Assembly (NCBI RefSeq): GCF_001186125.1
Contig: NW_014040244.1
Coordinates: forward strand, 48,936 to 89,807
Reading direction: 5' to 3'
DNA length: 40,872 nucleotides
From: Sphaeroforma arctica JP610
Taxonomy: Eukaryota
Of the stretch, positions 24,215 through 35,800 are shown piece after piece. The translations under genes were made by a program, and so were the position numbers. Under the pieces are notes generated by a model. It saw only the letters and a program-made list of their open reading frames with translations, did no database searches and was not told the origin of the DNA. The first letter of the stretch is position 1. Each line of letters starts with the position of its first letter.

Positions 24215-27200
24215 ATGAAGGCGTCAAGCAAGCAGCATCGGTTCAAACCATTCCGCGATACCAAACCTCACTCACCTGAAGTACTTGAGGCCGTGGGTTT
24301 CTATATAGCCCGTAAAAATGCCGAACTAGCACACGAATCGACTGATACGAGTATATTAGATTCGGCACACAATCAAGAGGAATACATAGATATAGGAAAT
24401 ATTGGCGACACCACTGAACGTGAGCCAAATTGTGGGCCGGGTTGCTCCTCTGAAATATTGCACGACCATGATCTACTTAATGCGCACGAGTGTTTATCCA
24501 CCTGCGCCGAGAAGTTTAACGGTCTCAAGAGGTCGCTGATAGTTTCCATTTGTTCTTTATTGCAAGATGGAGATGTGCACTTGTTGCCACAGGCTGCGGT
24601 GTTAGGTGGCTTGGGCTCCTCTGTGTTACTGGTACATGTACCCAGGCATGTTGATGCGTACGAAATGGACGTGCATATGCCGCAGAATACAGAGGAACTA
24701 GGTAGTCACACAACGACACATACTGGTCAGACAACTGATGCTGCTAACAAGGATACACTAACGCATGCAAAAAGTAACGCTATTACCAATAACAAGCAAT
24801 TTAGCAATGCCTTAGGAGTGCAGTCGAAGTGTGAAGAGGTGGAGGTGAAGGTAAGTAGCCGTTTCGTTGCTAACGTACAACGCACCCTAGGAGTGACACC
24901 TTTGGTAAATGTTGCGGCACAAGCTATGCGCAATAAAAATGACCCGATCAAAGCGGCTGCTTGTATTGTAGGGGCATACAACAGTGTGATCCCTTTAGGT
25001 AATGCTGAGTTGCGAATGTTATTTCCACTCATGTGCGCACGGTTGTGCTTGGAGGCAGTGGCCGAGGACTCCGCCGAAGGACTACATACGGGCGACTCTG
25101 TAGTACCAGATATTTGTGAGGTGTCAGGTGCAGCTAAAGATGGAACTCGGCAATTTACGGATACAGCTCAGAGCAGCATCCCGGCATTGGATGATAGCAC
25201 GTGGGATACACTGCGCATACTGAGTCACATACCGCCCGCAATGGCCTACTATAGGCTGCGTCACGCGTGTGGGTTCACCCCCGTGTTACAAAGTGACTTA
25301 GTAGCAGACTGGCTACGAACCCATTCCGAAGAACTGGCACCTGTATTGCATCCAATGAATACACACAGAGAAGCTCTGTGGACGGATACACACGTGTTTG
25401 ATTTGAGTGTAGGGAGTCCGTTAGTGGCAGGCCATGCTAATGCTTGTGCTCTGGCAACGGCGATGCGCGAAGAGATGCTGGGGACACAAGCGCAACAGAA
25501 GGTCGACAATAATACTCAGAGGTGTCGATCAAAAAGCAAAGGACCAAGTAACTGCGGAACAAGAGGTGACAGCCCAGGCCACAGCGCTGATCATTGTGAA
25601 CAAAAGGCTGAGTATAGTGGGATTAGTGAGTGTGAGGGCGAGGGTGGGTGGATGGGTGTTGGTGTGGGGCGGTATAATGAAGCTCGCCTTCTTAGTACGT
25701 CGAATATAAACACAAGTGTGTACGAGGAGATGCCAGAGCAACGTACCATTGCGCTTGGGATAGACTTGTTTCCCCTGTGTTCTTTGGGTGTGGAAACGAG
25801 CACATTGGGAAGCAAGTATTCGTCAGTACTTGAGGATACACAGACATGTACAGGCATAGGGACGGTAGTGTATGTATACGCACCGTTGGAAGGTACAGTA
25901 GACAGTGTGAGCAGGTCTGGTGAACGCGGGTATACGGTTGTGCTCAAGCATACCGTTGGTAAAGAATTGACATTCTACACACTTTACGGGAAACTGTCAT
26001 TCGAAAGTGAGAGCTGCAATGCGGTGGTGGTTGGCGCCACCATTGCTAAGGGAGAGAGACTGGCGTGTATTAGTACCGCACCGTATATGACGGGCGCGAC
26101 AGATACAGCTACAACATCGCACACCAACAACGAGGAACACTGCCTGCCGCCAAGCTTGCACTTCCAACTTATAACGGACATCACGTGCGTGCATGAGTGT
26201 GCGGAACCTTGCTCTTCCGCGGATGGGGAGTACTCAGGCTCCGTTGATCAGAATTCTCAAGTAATCACTGTATGCTCCCCCAGCGAGCGCGCTGTAATGT
26301 TGAGCATCTGCCCGGATCCGAACCTTATCTTGGGCATACCCGCGCATTTCTTCCCTCCGCCAATGGAAAGCAAGGATTCGCTGCTGGCGTCACGAAGAGC
26401 CCACGTGGGCAGGAATCTGAGTGTGTCATATGGCGATGAGAACGCCTTGCACATAGCACGTGCGTCGCAACAGTTTCTATACGACGTAGACGGCCGTGCC
26501 TATCTGGACTTGGTCAACAATGTGTGCCATGTAGGTAGGTAATATGTTGTTCACAATATCCGATTTATGATTTTAGTCGTGAGTGGCTATAAATTGTGTG
26601 ATTCTTCGCGACTGCGTGACAGTGCGGGCTGCTTGGATTGTACGCGTTTAAAGATGGCGCTTAACACATACTTAAATTTATCCCAAGCAAACTCAACCCA
26701 CAATCCAAGCCAACCAACTCCTCCCTAAAAACACGCACGTCATTTCCTCATCGAAGGCCATGCAAACCCCAGGGTAGTGCGTGCGGCTACTAGACAGATG
26801 GCTGTGCTCAACACCAACACGCGGTATGTCTACGACAACTTGACACGGTATGCTGAGAAGCTCACGGCCACTCTCCCAGAGACATTGAGCGTGTGTTTCT
26901 TTGTCAATTCCGGGAGTGAGGCGAATGATCTGGCCCTACGCATGGCCAGGGAACACACAGGGATGAGGGATGTGATTGCGCTCGGTGCGGGTTACCATGG
27001 CAATCTGAGCTCGCTGATTGATATCAGTGCGTACAAGCACGAGGGGCCTGGGGGTAAAGGCCCGGGAGATAGTGCGCACGTGGCACTGATGCCGGATCCG
27101 TATAGGGGCAAGTATAGAGGTATGGGTAGAGATACGGGTGAGAAGTATGCCAGCCATGTGAAAGATATACTGGATGGGTACACTAAGCCGTGCGACTCAG

Positions 27201-28617
27201 ACACGGATGATAGAGTGCACAGTGATATGCATAGCTCGGCAGACGCAGAAGAGAAATGTCCAGCACACACAGACACTACAGATTCACACACAGGCCAACC
27301 GGGAGATGTCTCAGGTGTGCGTGCCACACGCACAAGCACGCACACGCCATACACAGACACTGATACACCACACACAGGCACAGCACATAGAGCACTCGTG
27401 CGACGAGGGGTGGGGGCGTTCATTGCTGAGAGTGTGCTGGGCTGCGGCGGTCAGGTGGTGCTGTGCGATGGTTATCTGCAGAGTGCGTACAAGCACGTGC
27501 GGGCGAACGGCGGCGTGTGCATCGCCGATGAAGTGCAGGTGGGCTTTGGACGCGTGGGGTGCAAGTTCTGGGGATTCGAGACGCAGAATGTTGTTCCAGG
27601 TATGTTGGGCGTTTGCTGTATATGCTTACATGTAGGTATGTTCATCGGTGATGTGTGTGCATTTGTGAGTAAGTAGGTATGTACTGTCCTTGTGTACTCG
27701 TGATAATCTAGCCGCCAGCACTTTTTGGCTTGGTGTAAAACTAGGATTTCGTCAGACAAGGCTGATGCGCAACAGCTGAATATCGCGAACGTCTTTTATG
27801 GAATGGGATATCAATGTCAACATTGTCATTATCACCCGCCGCGATTTACTTTCGCACACGATATTTGACCATACTTGCACATACTTTAGAGCTTGTATCG
27901 TAGTTATATATGTAAGTACTTGTGTCCACACTCATGCCACGGCTACGGACACGGTTGCTCAGTTCTGTATGTGAATATGGTTTTAATTATTCTCAAAAAT
28001 GATCTGAATAGTCTGCAGAACACATTTGGCATTTGGTGTTCGCTCTGTTGAGCGTGCAAGTCTTTCCTATACTTCTGAGCTCTTGACTTTACTCGCGACC
28101 GGCAGACATTGTGACGATGGGAAAGCCAATCGGAAACGGCCATCCCCTGGGTGCAGTGGTAACAACACGCGCCATCGCCGAGAGCTTCGACAACAAAATG
28201 GAATACTTCAACACCTTTGGCGGTAACCCTGTCAGCTGTGCCGTGGGTCTCGCAGTACTGAACGAGATACACACCAACCAACTACAAGCACACGCCCAAG
28301 AACTCGGGGAAAGGTTGCTTAAGGGGCTCAAAGACCTTCAAACACGGCACCCTCTCATCGGGGATGTGCGAGGACTGGGCTTGTTTGTGGGGGTTGAGTT
28401 GGTGCTGAACAGAGACTCGTACCACCCAATACCCGCGGACAAACACGCCTCACACGTGGCCAAGCGCGTGCGAGACTTTGGTGTGCTGATCTCGATCGAT
28501 GGGCCTGATCACAATGTACTCAAGATGAAGCCCCCGCTGGTGGTGACTGCGCAGGACCTCGACCGTCTCGTGAGTGTGCTGGATAGAGTGCTAGGGGAAG
28601 ACGCGCTGCAGTTGTGA
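24215..28617 (+). CDS. Multidomain class-III aminotransferase-fold PLP enzyme (ETNPPL/PHYKPL/AGXT2L-like) with degenerate N-terminal APH-like kinase and M23-like domains
   Basis: The exons are 24215-26534, 26757-27599 and 28106-28617. The PLP domain has [44 protein letters not shown]-like [35 protein letters not shown] (PLP Lys), [12 protein letters not shown] and [15 protein letters not shown]. Confidence 0.92.
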
Positions 28618-31600
28618 GGACAGTCAGTATGCGCACTGGTTGGACTAAGCATCGTAAGGGAGTGTGAGCGGATTCTTGTTTCTTAGATTTGGTTTGGTGT
28701 TCTCCAGAGAAAGCACGGATTTAAATGCTGTGCCAATAGTTTGAATGGCAGTTGGTAGTTGTTGCGCGCGATCCTGTTTTTTTCTATTGCGGCAGCTGTT
28801 TGCTTAAGCCAGGGATGTCAGACATCCGCGAGGGCAAACAATCGAAATCGCGTGTCTTCTCTCTACTAGTACATGTCGAGTGTCATATGGTTGCTACCAA
28901 TGGCTCAGTGAACAATCTGCTGAGGTAAACATCCATAAATGGAGACTATGAACGACAACGATTGTCCAGAAGGTTTAGCAGAAAATACATTCCGCGAAGA
29001 TGCGATCAAATCGGTTACCAATCAGCCATACAGCGATATCTTACGTAGGTATCTACGCACTCACACACAAATGGATAGAAAGTGTGCACTTTGCAAAACA
29101 GTCTCCATGCGCGTCTGCAGCCCGCCTCCCTCTTACACACGCACACACGCGCGCGCGCACACAGCGTCCAATTATTGAATGTATTGTATGCACACGGCAA
29201 CTTCCGTCTCACCGTCTAAGGAGCATTCTGGAGGTGATGCACTGCATATGTGGACAGGTGATTTATCAATCTATCACCACGTAGTAATAGTGAGAAATCG
29301 AATTCGCCAGCAATACTCCAAGCGAGCCGACTCCCAGTTGACCTCGCAGTTCAGCCGGCCAAACGAGTGCAGGCAATTAGATCTAGCCGTAGCGGCGCAA
29401 TGCTATGCGACATTGACCACCATAGCACATCAGGCATTGCGTGGCTTTTATCATAGGGCATGTCTGGCGGAAGTGGCACGGGAGAGAATGTGTGCGCTGG
29501 AGAGAATGTAACCTCACTCTTCCTTTAATGTTCCGTTGTGCTGGTCTGGAGATAACATGTTATTTCTGACCCGTTGCATTGCGTACGGCCCTTGCGTAGA
29601 GTGTTGTGATATATGGGAGGGGTGTATTAGACACACGGATGTCCTGTGCAGTACGCAGGGGTTTAGAGTGCAAGGCCAGTTGCGAGAAGCTCCATGATAG
29701 CGTGAGCCAAGTTTTCCAGTCAATAGCAGAAATGCCTATCTGCAGCTTTCATCTTCTGCATACATGCCTACAGATGGTCTTTCCAATGTTGCCGGGCCTG
29801 GATATTTGTGCCCGTCTCTACATCAGTTTAATGTCCATAGTAGATATCAGTATAGTTTGTTTGACATAAATAATACAGTCGGCCCTATGGTCGGCTGGAA
29901 ACACACTCAGGTGAACAACCTGGCAAGCATATCGTCAACAGTGATTTTATCATCTACTAGTCATTTAGGTCAAATCAATACCTGGTATCACTGTGTCTGC
30001 AAACACAAACAAATGACACAGTGTAAGTGGAATGGGGTGGCACGCCTTTGGAAGAGTTTATAGAATTTACCTGAAGTGAACTGGCCTACTATAAATCTGC
30101 ATACAAATGCAGTCTAACTGCAGCCTCTGGTCGTCAAAGGTTACTAGTCTACTGACCAGCAGCCTTAAGCGGTACAAACACCCTTTGAGAATTGATGAGT
30201 ACGTACATTGTTTGAAAAATTATATATGACAATCCTGGACGTGCCGTACCACATCGGAATATAACAGAAATATCAAAACCGTCATAAAACAAATAATCCC
30301 AGTTTATAGTAAGGTCTGCTATAACTATGTACCCTCCGCCAGCGGAGAGTCCTGTCTAGCTTCCGGATTGCGGCTACAGTGTATCGTGTCGTAAACGTGC
30401 GTCTCCCCGTTTCGCGCCGCCCAGGCGTCGGACAGGAATATAAATTGCAGCATTTCGGGAATAGACACGTCGGCTCAAGATGAGATATAGTATAGTATTG
30501 CAGATGTTGGCTCTATAGCTATGTAGACGCCGCTGATTGCCAGCAGTGTTTATGTACCGCATGGTGCGTGTTGTTCGGCCTACCCAGCAGAGCCCAACCC
30601 TGGTGTCGACAATCTATCAATAGAATTGGCACACGTGGTCCCGTCAGCCTTTCCGCAGTGATCTATACGGAACTCTTCTTCATTGAACAGTGTAGTGTAC
30701 GATTGTCCCTTGAGCTTCGCATCTAGCCAGGCAGGCTGGTTGCTACTGGGTGTAACCGTCTGCACTCCTGCTGTAGCTGCCGGTCAGGTATAGCGCTGAA
30801 CACTCTTTGCAGATTAGCCTTTTTGGTTTCCGATGGCGGACGTATGAGATAGTAAGTGCCTTTCTGTCTAAAAGGTGCTAGTAAAAGAATAGTGGGGGTT
30901 TGGTGCGGTATAAGAAGCCCGGCGCAGATGTGACTGTCCGTCACTAGCTCCCACTAAAATGTCATAGTTACAGAGGGAATTAGTATAATTGTACTAGTAT
31001 TGTTTAGTACAATATTGCAAGCTACATGCATCATTTGTCGACAAATCCGTGCCGCTTACTAAAACCCCAGTGGCACAAATCTGAGTCATGACCCAGCGGA
31101 AATCAGCGTTAAAACCCAGAGGAAAACCTGAGTCATGACCCCTACTATCTATCACACAGAGCGGGCTGTGTACCCGGATGTATTGGTAGAACACTTTCCA
31201 CAACAGGAGTAGCAGTGGTCGATTTCCGGCCCGGTCCCAAAGGAATAAGCACACCATTCCTCCCTTCGCGTGTTCTAAAAATAAAGCAAACTCGATTGGT
31301 TCGTGGTGAAGGGCCCGTGCCCTACATTTCAATCAACACACCGTCAGTGTCAGCACCGTGCACTCATCACAGCTTCACCTCTCTCGCCCCAGTCCTACTG
31401 CAGTAAGCTTCAAGATCCATTTACTTCGGGCTGCTAGCGTGATCCCGGGTATTCCCGCACGCGGCCTTCAGCCCCACCAATGGGCTGGATCTCGGCTAAG
31501 AAACCCCCCTCAACCAGCCTTCTCAGTTTCACACTGTCTCACAAAACGGTATCTATTTGCGTCGTCGCCGGTTGTCTAATATGTATTAGTGTGCGATGGC

Positions 31601-31762
31601 CGACTGAAGGCAAGCCCAAACTCAATTGCTTTCCACGCCATCTGTCTTCTTGACGGCCTGGACCACGGACAGCACACTATTACAAAGGTCAATCTCTTCA
31701 TACTATCCAGGTATGGAGACGTTCCCCATACCTGTTCCCCTGTTTCCAAATGACACGTGATT

Positions 31763-31853
31763 GGCTGCTATGACAGACTGTACTTTCCAGCACTATCATG
31801 GCTGCTATGACAGATTGTACTTTCCAACACTATCATGGCTGCTATGACAGACT
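31763..31853. repeat. 37-bp tandem repeat, about 2.5 copies
   Basis: The unit is GGCTGCTATGACAGACTGTACTTTCCAGCACTATCAT. Confidence 0.85.
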
Positions 31854-31949
31854 ACGCCTTTAACCCCTACACACACACTCCCATCGTCATCGCTTCCCTC
31901 CAGACTTGCCCATGGGACGATCTCTATCTCAGCTGCCACGGCCATTGTT

Positions 31950-32826
31950 CTAATGTTGTACGTCATACAACTAAAACCACTATCCACAAATATATCTTTA
32001 CTACTTGCCTCTCACTCAGACCCCCATCGGCCCCGTCTACAGCCTGCATCTCAAACAGCACATCATCATCGTCGTTGTTATGTTATACGATATACAACTA
32101 ACTAATATACACGAATATACCGCCACTACTACCTCGAAAGCAGACGCCCATCGGCCCTGTCTACAGCCTGCATCTCAAATAACACATCATCGTTGTTGTT
32201 ATGTTATAGGACATACAACCAACCACTATACACGAATATATCTCCACTACTACCTCGCACGCAGACTCCCATCGGCATCGGCCCCGTCTACAGCCTGCAT
32301 CTCAAACAGCACATCATCATCGTCGTTGTTATGTTATACGACATACAACCAAACACTATACACGAATACACCTCCACTACTGCTTCGCACGCAGACCCCC
32401 ATCGGCCCCGTCTACAGCCTGCATCTCAAACAGCACGCACATCATCATCGTCGTTGGTTTGTTATACGATATACAACCAACTACTATGCACGAATACACC
32501 TCCACTACTGCCTCGCACGTAGACCCCCTTCGGCCCCGTCTACAGCCTGCATCTCAAACAGCACATCATCATCGTCGTTATGTTATACGACATACAACTA
32601 ACTACTATACACGAATATATCTCCACTACTACCTCGCACGCAGACCCCCATAGACCTCGTCTACAACCTGCATCTCAAACAGCACATCATCATCGTCGTT
32701 GCTATGTTATAAGACATACAACTAACTAATATACACGAATATACCGCCACTACTACCTCGCACGCAGAACCCCATCGGCCCTGTCTACAGCCTGCATCTC
32801 AAACAACACATCATCATCGTCGTCGT
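31950..32826 (-). repeat. Tandem array of about 124 bp, seven copies, made of the transporter's last codons, stop and 3' flank
   Basis: The marker CATCTCAAA occurs at 32047, 32171, 32298, 32422, 32550, 32671 and 32795. On the - strand the units read approximately NDDDDVLFEMQAVDGADGGLRAR*. Confidence 0.93.
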
Positions 32827-35800
32827 TACTCTCCGAACTTCCCATAAGTCGTTCTCCGTCTCCCCTGTCGCGGCTGCTGCCTTTACCCGAGCGCAACGAG
32901 CTGATGCTACCGTGTTTGGAGCTGAGTGCCTTTGCTTGCATTTGGCGATACTTGATTATATTGAATATGACGATACCCCCTGAGCGCGTGCAGATAAGTT
33001 GCGATAGTGTTTAGGGTGCAGTGGTTGGAGGCAAGGAAGTGTGCGGGTAGGTGCACAATGGATAGGAAAAGAGACGTGCACATGGCGATGCAGCGGCTGG
33101 GTGAGCTCATGCGATGAGTATGCAAGACACAGCTGCATCTGTTCAAATGGCGTGTGTGCGTAGGTGCATCCGAAAGGTGAAAACGGTTGCATTGGTGCAG
33201 ATGATACACAACGAACCCCATTGGCATTTCCAGCTAAAGAAACATTCCCGGCTAGAGAGTTCCAGTGTTGAATGTTGGTGGCAGTAGTATGCACAATAAA
33301 CGGTACATGCATTTACGATAGTATGCGGGCTGCACGAGGGATACAGGTTGCCATTGCGTTCAAATAGAGAGGGCACTAAAAAGAACGAGCATTGAAACGT
33401 ATAAAATATAATCTTAAAACCCTTCATTTGGGGTTTTTTGTGCTACTGTAAAAGCCGAATGACCTGGCAAAGAAGCAGAGACTACCGTCAACAATGCGGT
33501 TGATACGAATTGCGACTTTTAGAGAGTATAGAGCTCCCCAGCATATAGATAGACCGTTACTCATGCTGCTCCTAATCTTCGTACACAACACCAGCGATAT
33601 CAGTTGTCCCAAACGACCGCACTTAATCAAATGCACGAACACGAACACGAACGCAAATGCTGATGGTCCCCGTTAATGCCACATACACCTTATATATAAA
33701 CATATATGACAAAGACTCTCGAGATTTTTTGGAAATCGATGTTTGTTCGAGATTTCCCCGTCCACTTTCTGTGGAAACATAGAAACGAGGGTTGTATCGA
33801 AATTGACGCGGTGTATTGTGAGGCGAGATTCACTCCTCTACGATGCCGCTTGTCAACACTCTTTCTGCCAGTACAACTCTATACACAAACTCACACCCCC
33901 AAGCTCAGACACAATACCAAACACTCACACCCTCGAGCTCAGACACAGTACCAAACACTCACACCCCTAAGCTCAGACACAATACCAAACACTCACACCC
34001 CCAAGCTCAGACACAATACCAAACCCTCACACCCCAAACTCAGACACAATACCAAACACTCACACCCCCAAGCTCAGACACAATACCAAACACTCACACC
34101 CCCAAGCTCAGAAACAATACCAAACGCTGTGCGATCTCTCACTTGCACTGGCCCACAGCGTGGCTATCCTCACAACCCCACTCCGGTGGATATGTGCACG
34201 CGTAAGAAAGCCTCTTGAAATCGGAATCTAGTCTATATACTAGTTCAGGGGTATTCGCATGAGCGAGATATACCTCCCCGATCACGCACACATTCGTATA
34301 CAGAATCGAAACCTTGTGAACATCATACGACTGTCCAAAACACACTCCCACCAATCAGACCGACATACCTATAGTGATGAACAGCCCTAGTACGTTCATG
34401 GAGTTGAGTGTTTCCGAGAACACGACCACAGATAGAAGGATTGTGAGGAGTTCCTGCAGAGATACGGATACCAACATAAGCGGTTGATAGAGGAGTGTCG
34501 GTATGCCAAAATCAAAACGTTAGAAGCCTATTCCCACCAACTCAGCGGATAATCACACAAAGCGTAGACGTTGAGATAGATCTCGGAGATCATATTAAAA
34601 ACGGGCCCAATGATCTCGGTATAAAGTACACGCGCATCTGTTGAGCGCACGATCACAGCAAATGGGCGATGCGATGAGTGGTATGCGGAGTGGCACTTCG
34701 CAGACACATGTTTCAATTGGATTGTTAAAGGAACGAGGAGTACACGGGAGAAACACTGCTCAGGGCAGACTCGCTACACAAATCAGCAATACAGAAGCAA
34801 ACATACAAACATATTATATAGGTAAGAATGACATGCGTAATAACACAGCGCTCATACAGAACCAACATGCATATAAACATACAAACATAACATTTATACA
34901 AACATCACATACAGACACACATACATAACATACATACAAACATCACATACATACACACAAACATATTATATAGGTAGAAATAACATGCGTAATAACACAG
35001 CGCTCATACAAAACCAACATACATATAAACATACTAACATAACATTTATACAATCATCACATACATACACACAAACATAACATACATACATACCAGCACA
35101 CACTTATAAATATCAATACCAGGTATAACAAGAAACACACATGGCCGAGATAAACGAATACACATGCACACTAACCAAGAGACAAGTGCTATCACTGAAT
35201 TGCCAACCCACACAAAACAATCACACGGCTGCTGCCATGGCAAAGCTGCCGACCTGCTGATTGCTAGTGGTTGTGTGTTCATGCGCTAGTGTTGTTGTCA
35301 GCGTGCATGTGTGTTTGCGCTCAAACAAGCACAACAACCTAGTGAGTTCAACCCAGATCGCGACCAGGAAACGGCCGCACGTAGGCCACAACATATATGT
35401 GGATAGCTCCTCTATGCTAGAGTTTTAACGCCATCAATGCGTATACCTCCAACTTGCGAGATTTCACAACATCTCTGCGTACACGTTCAATATGACCGAG
35501 CCTATCGCATCGATATGCGAGAGTCCACAACAGGTGTATACCTTCATTATGCCTGCGACCGACAGGGTGACGGAGGATGTGCGGGAGATCAGCAAAAACT
35601 CGCTGACATTCATGGCAAACGCTATGAGCGCCCCAACTCCCTGCAATATCCGGGTGCAGGGGATTTGTTAGGCTTATGCACAGCATGATATTCACGTATG
35701 AGTGGATAGGGTGTGTTCCAAAACGTTTCTTATTGTTCGTTCATGTGTATATATACTTGTATAAAATAAGCATGCACGTATATATAAACGCTGGCGTGAA

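Noticed and set aside
24243..28331. Numerous antisense or overlapping short ORFs within the large genes (also 16099-17538)
   Set aside because: They are shadow frames of well-supported CDSs.
31330..31380. C/D box snoRNA on the - strand (GTGATGA...CTGA)
   Set aside because: There is no terminal box D at a suitable distance and no terminal stem.
32005..32653. + strand ORFs in the 124-bp array
   Set aside because: They are antisense readings of the duplicated transporter 3' end.
33889..34125. CRISPR-like 34-bp repeats and the repetitive ORFs 33706-34218
   Set aside because: This is a spacerless minisatellite inside a transporter intron, and the ORFs are by-products of the repeat.
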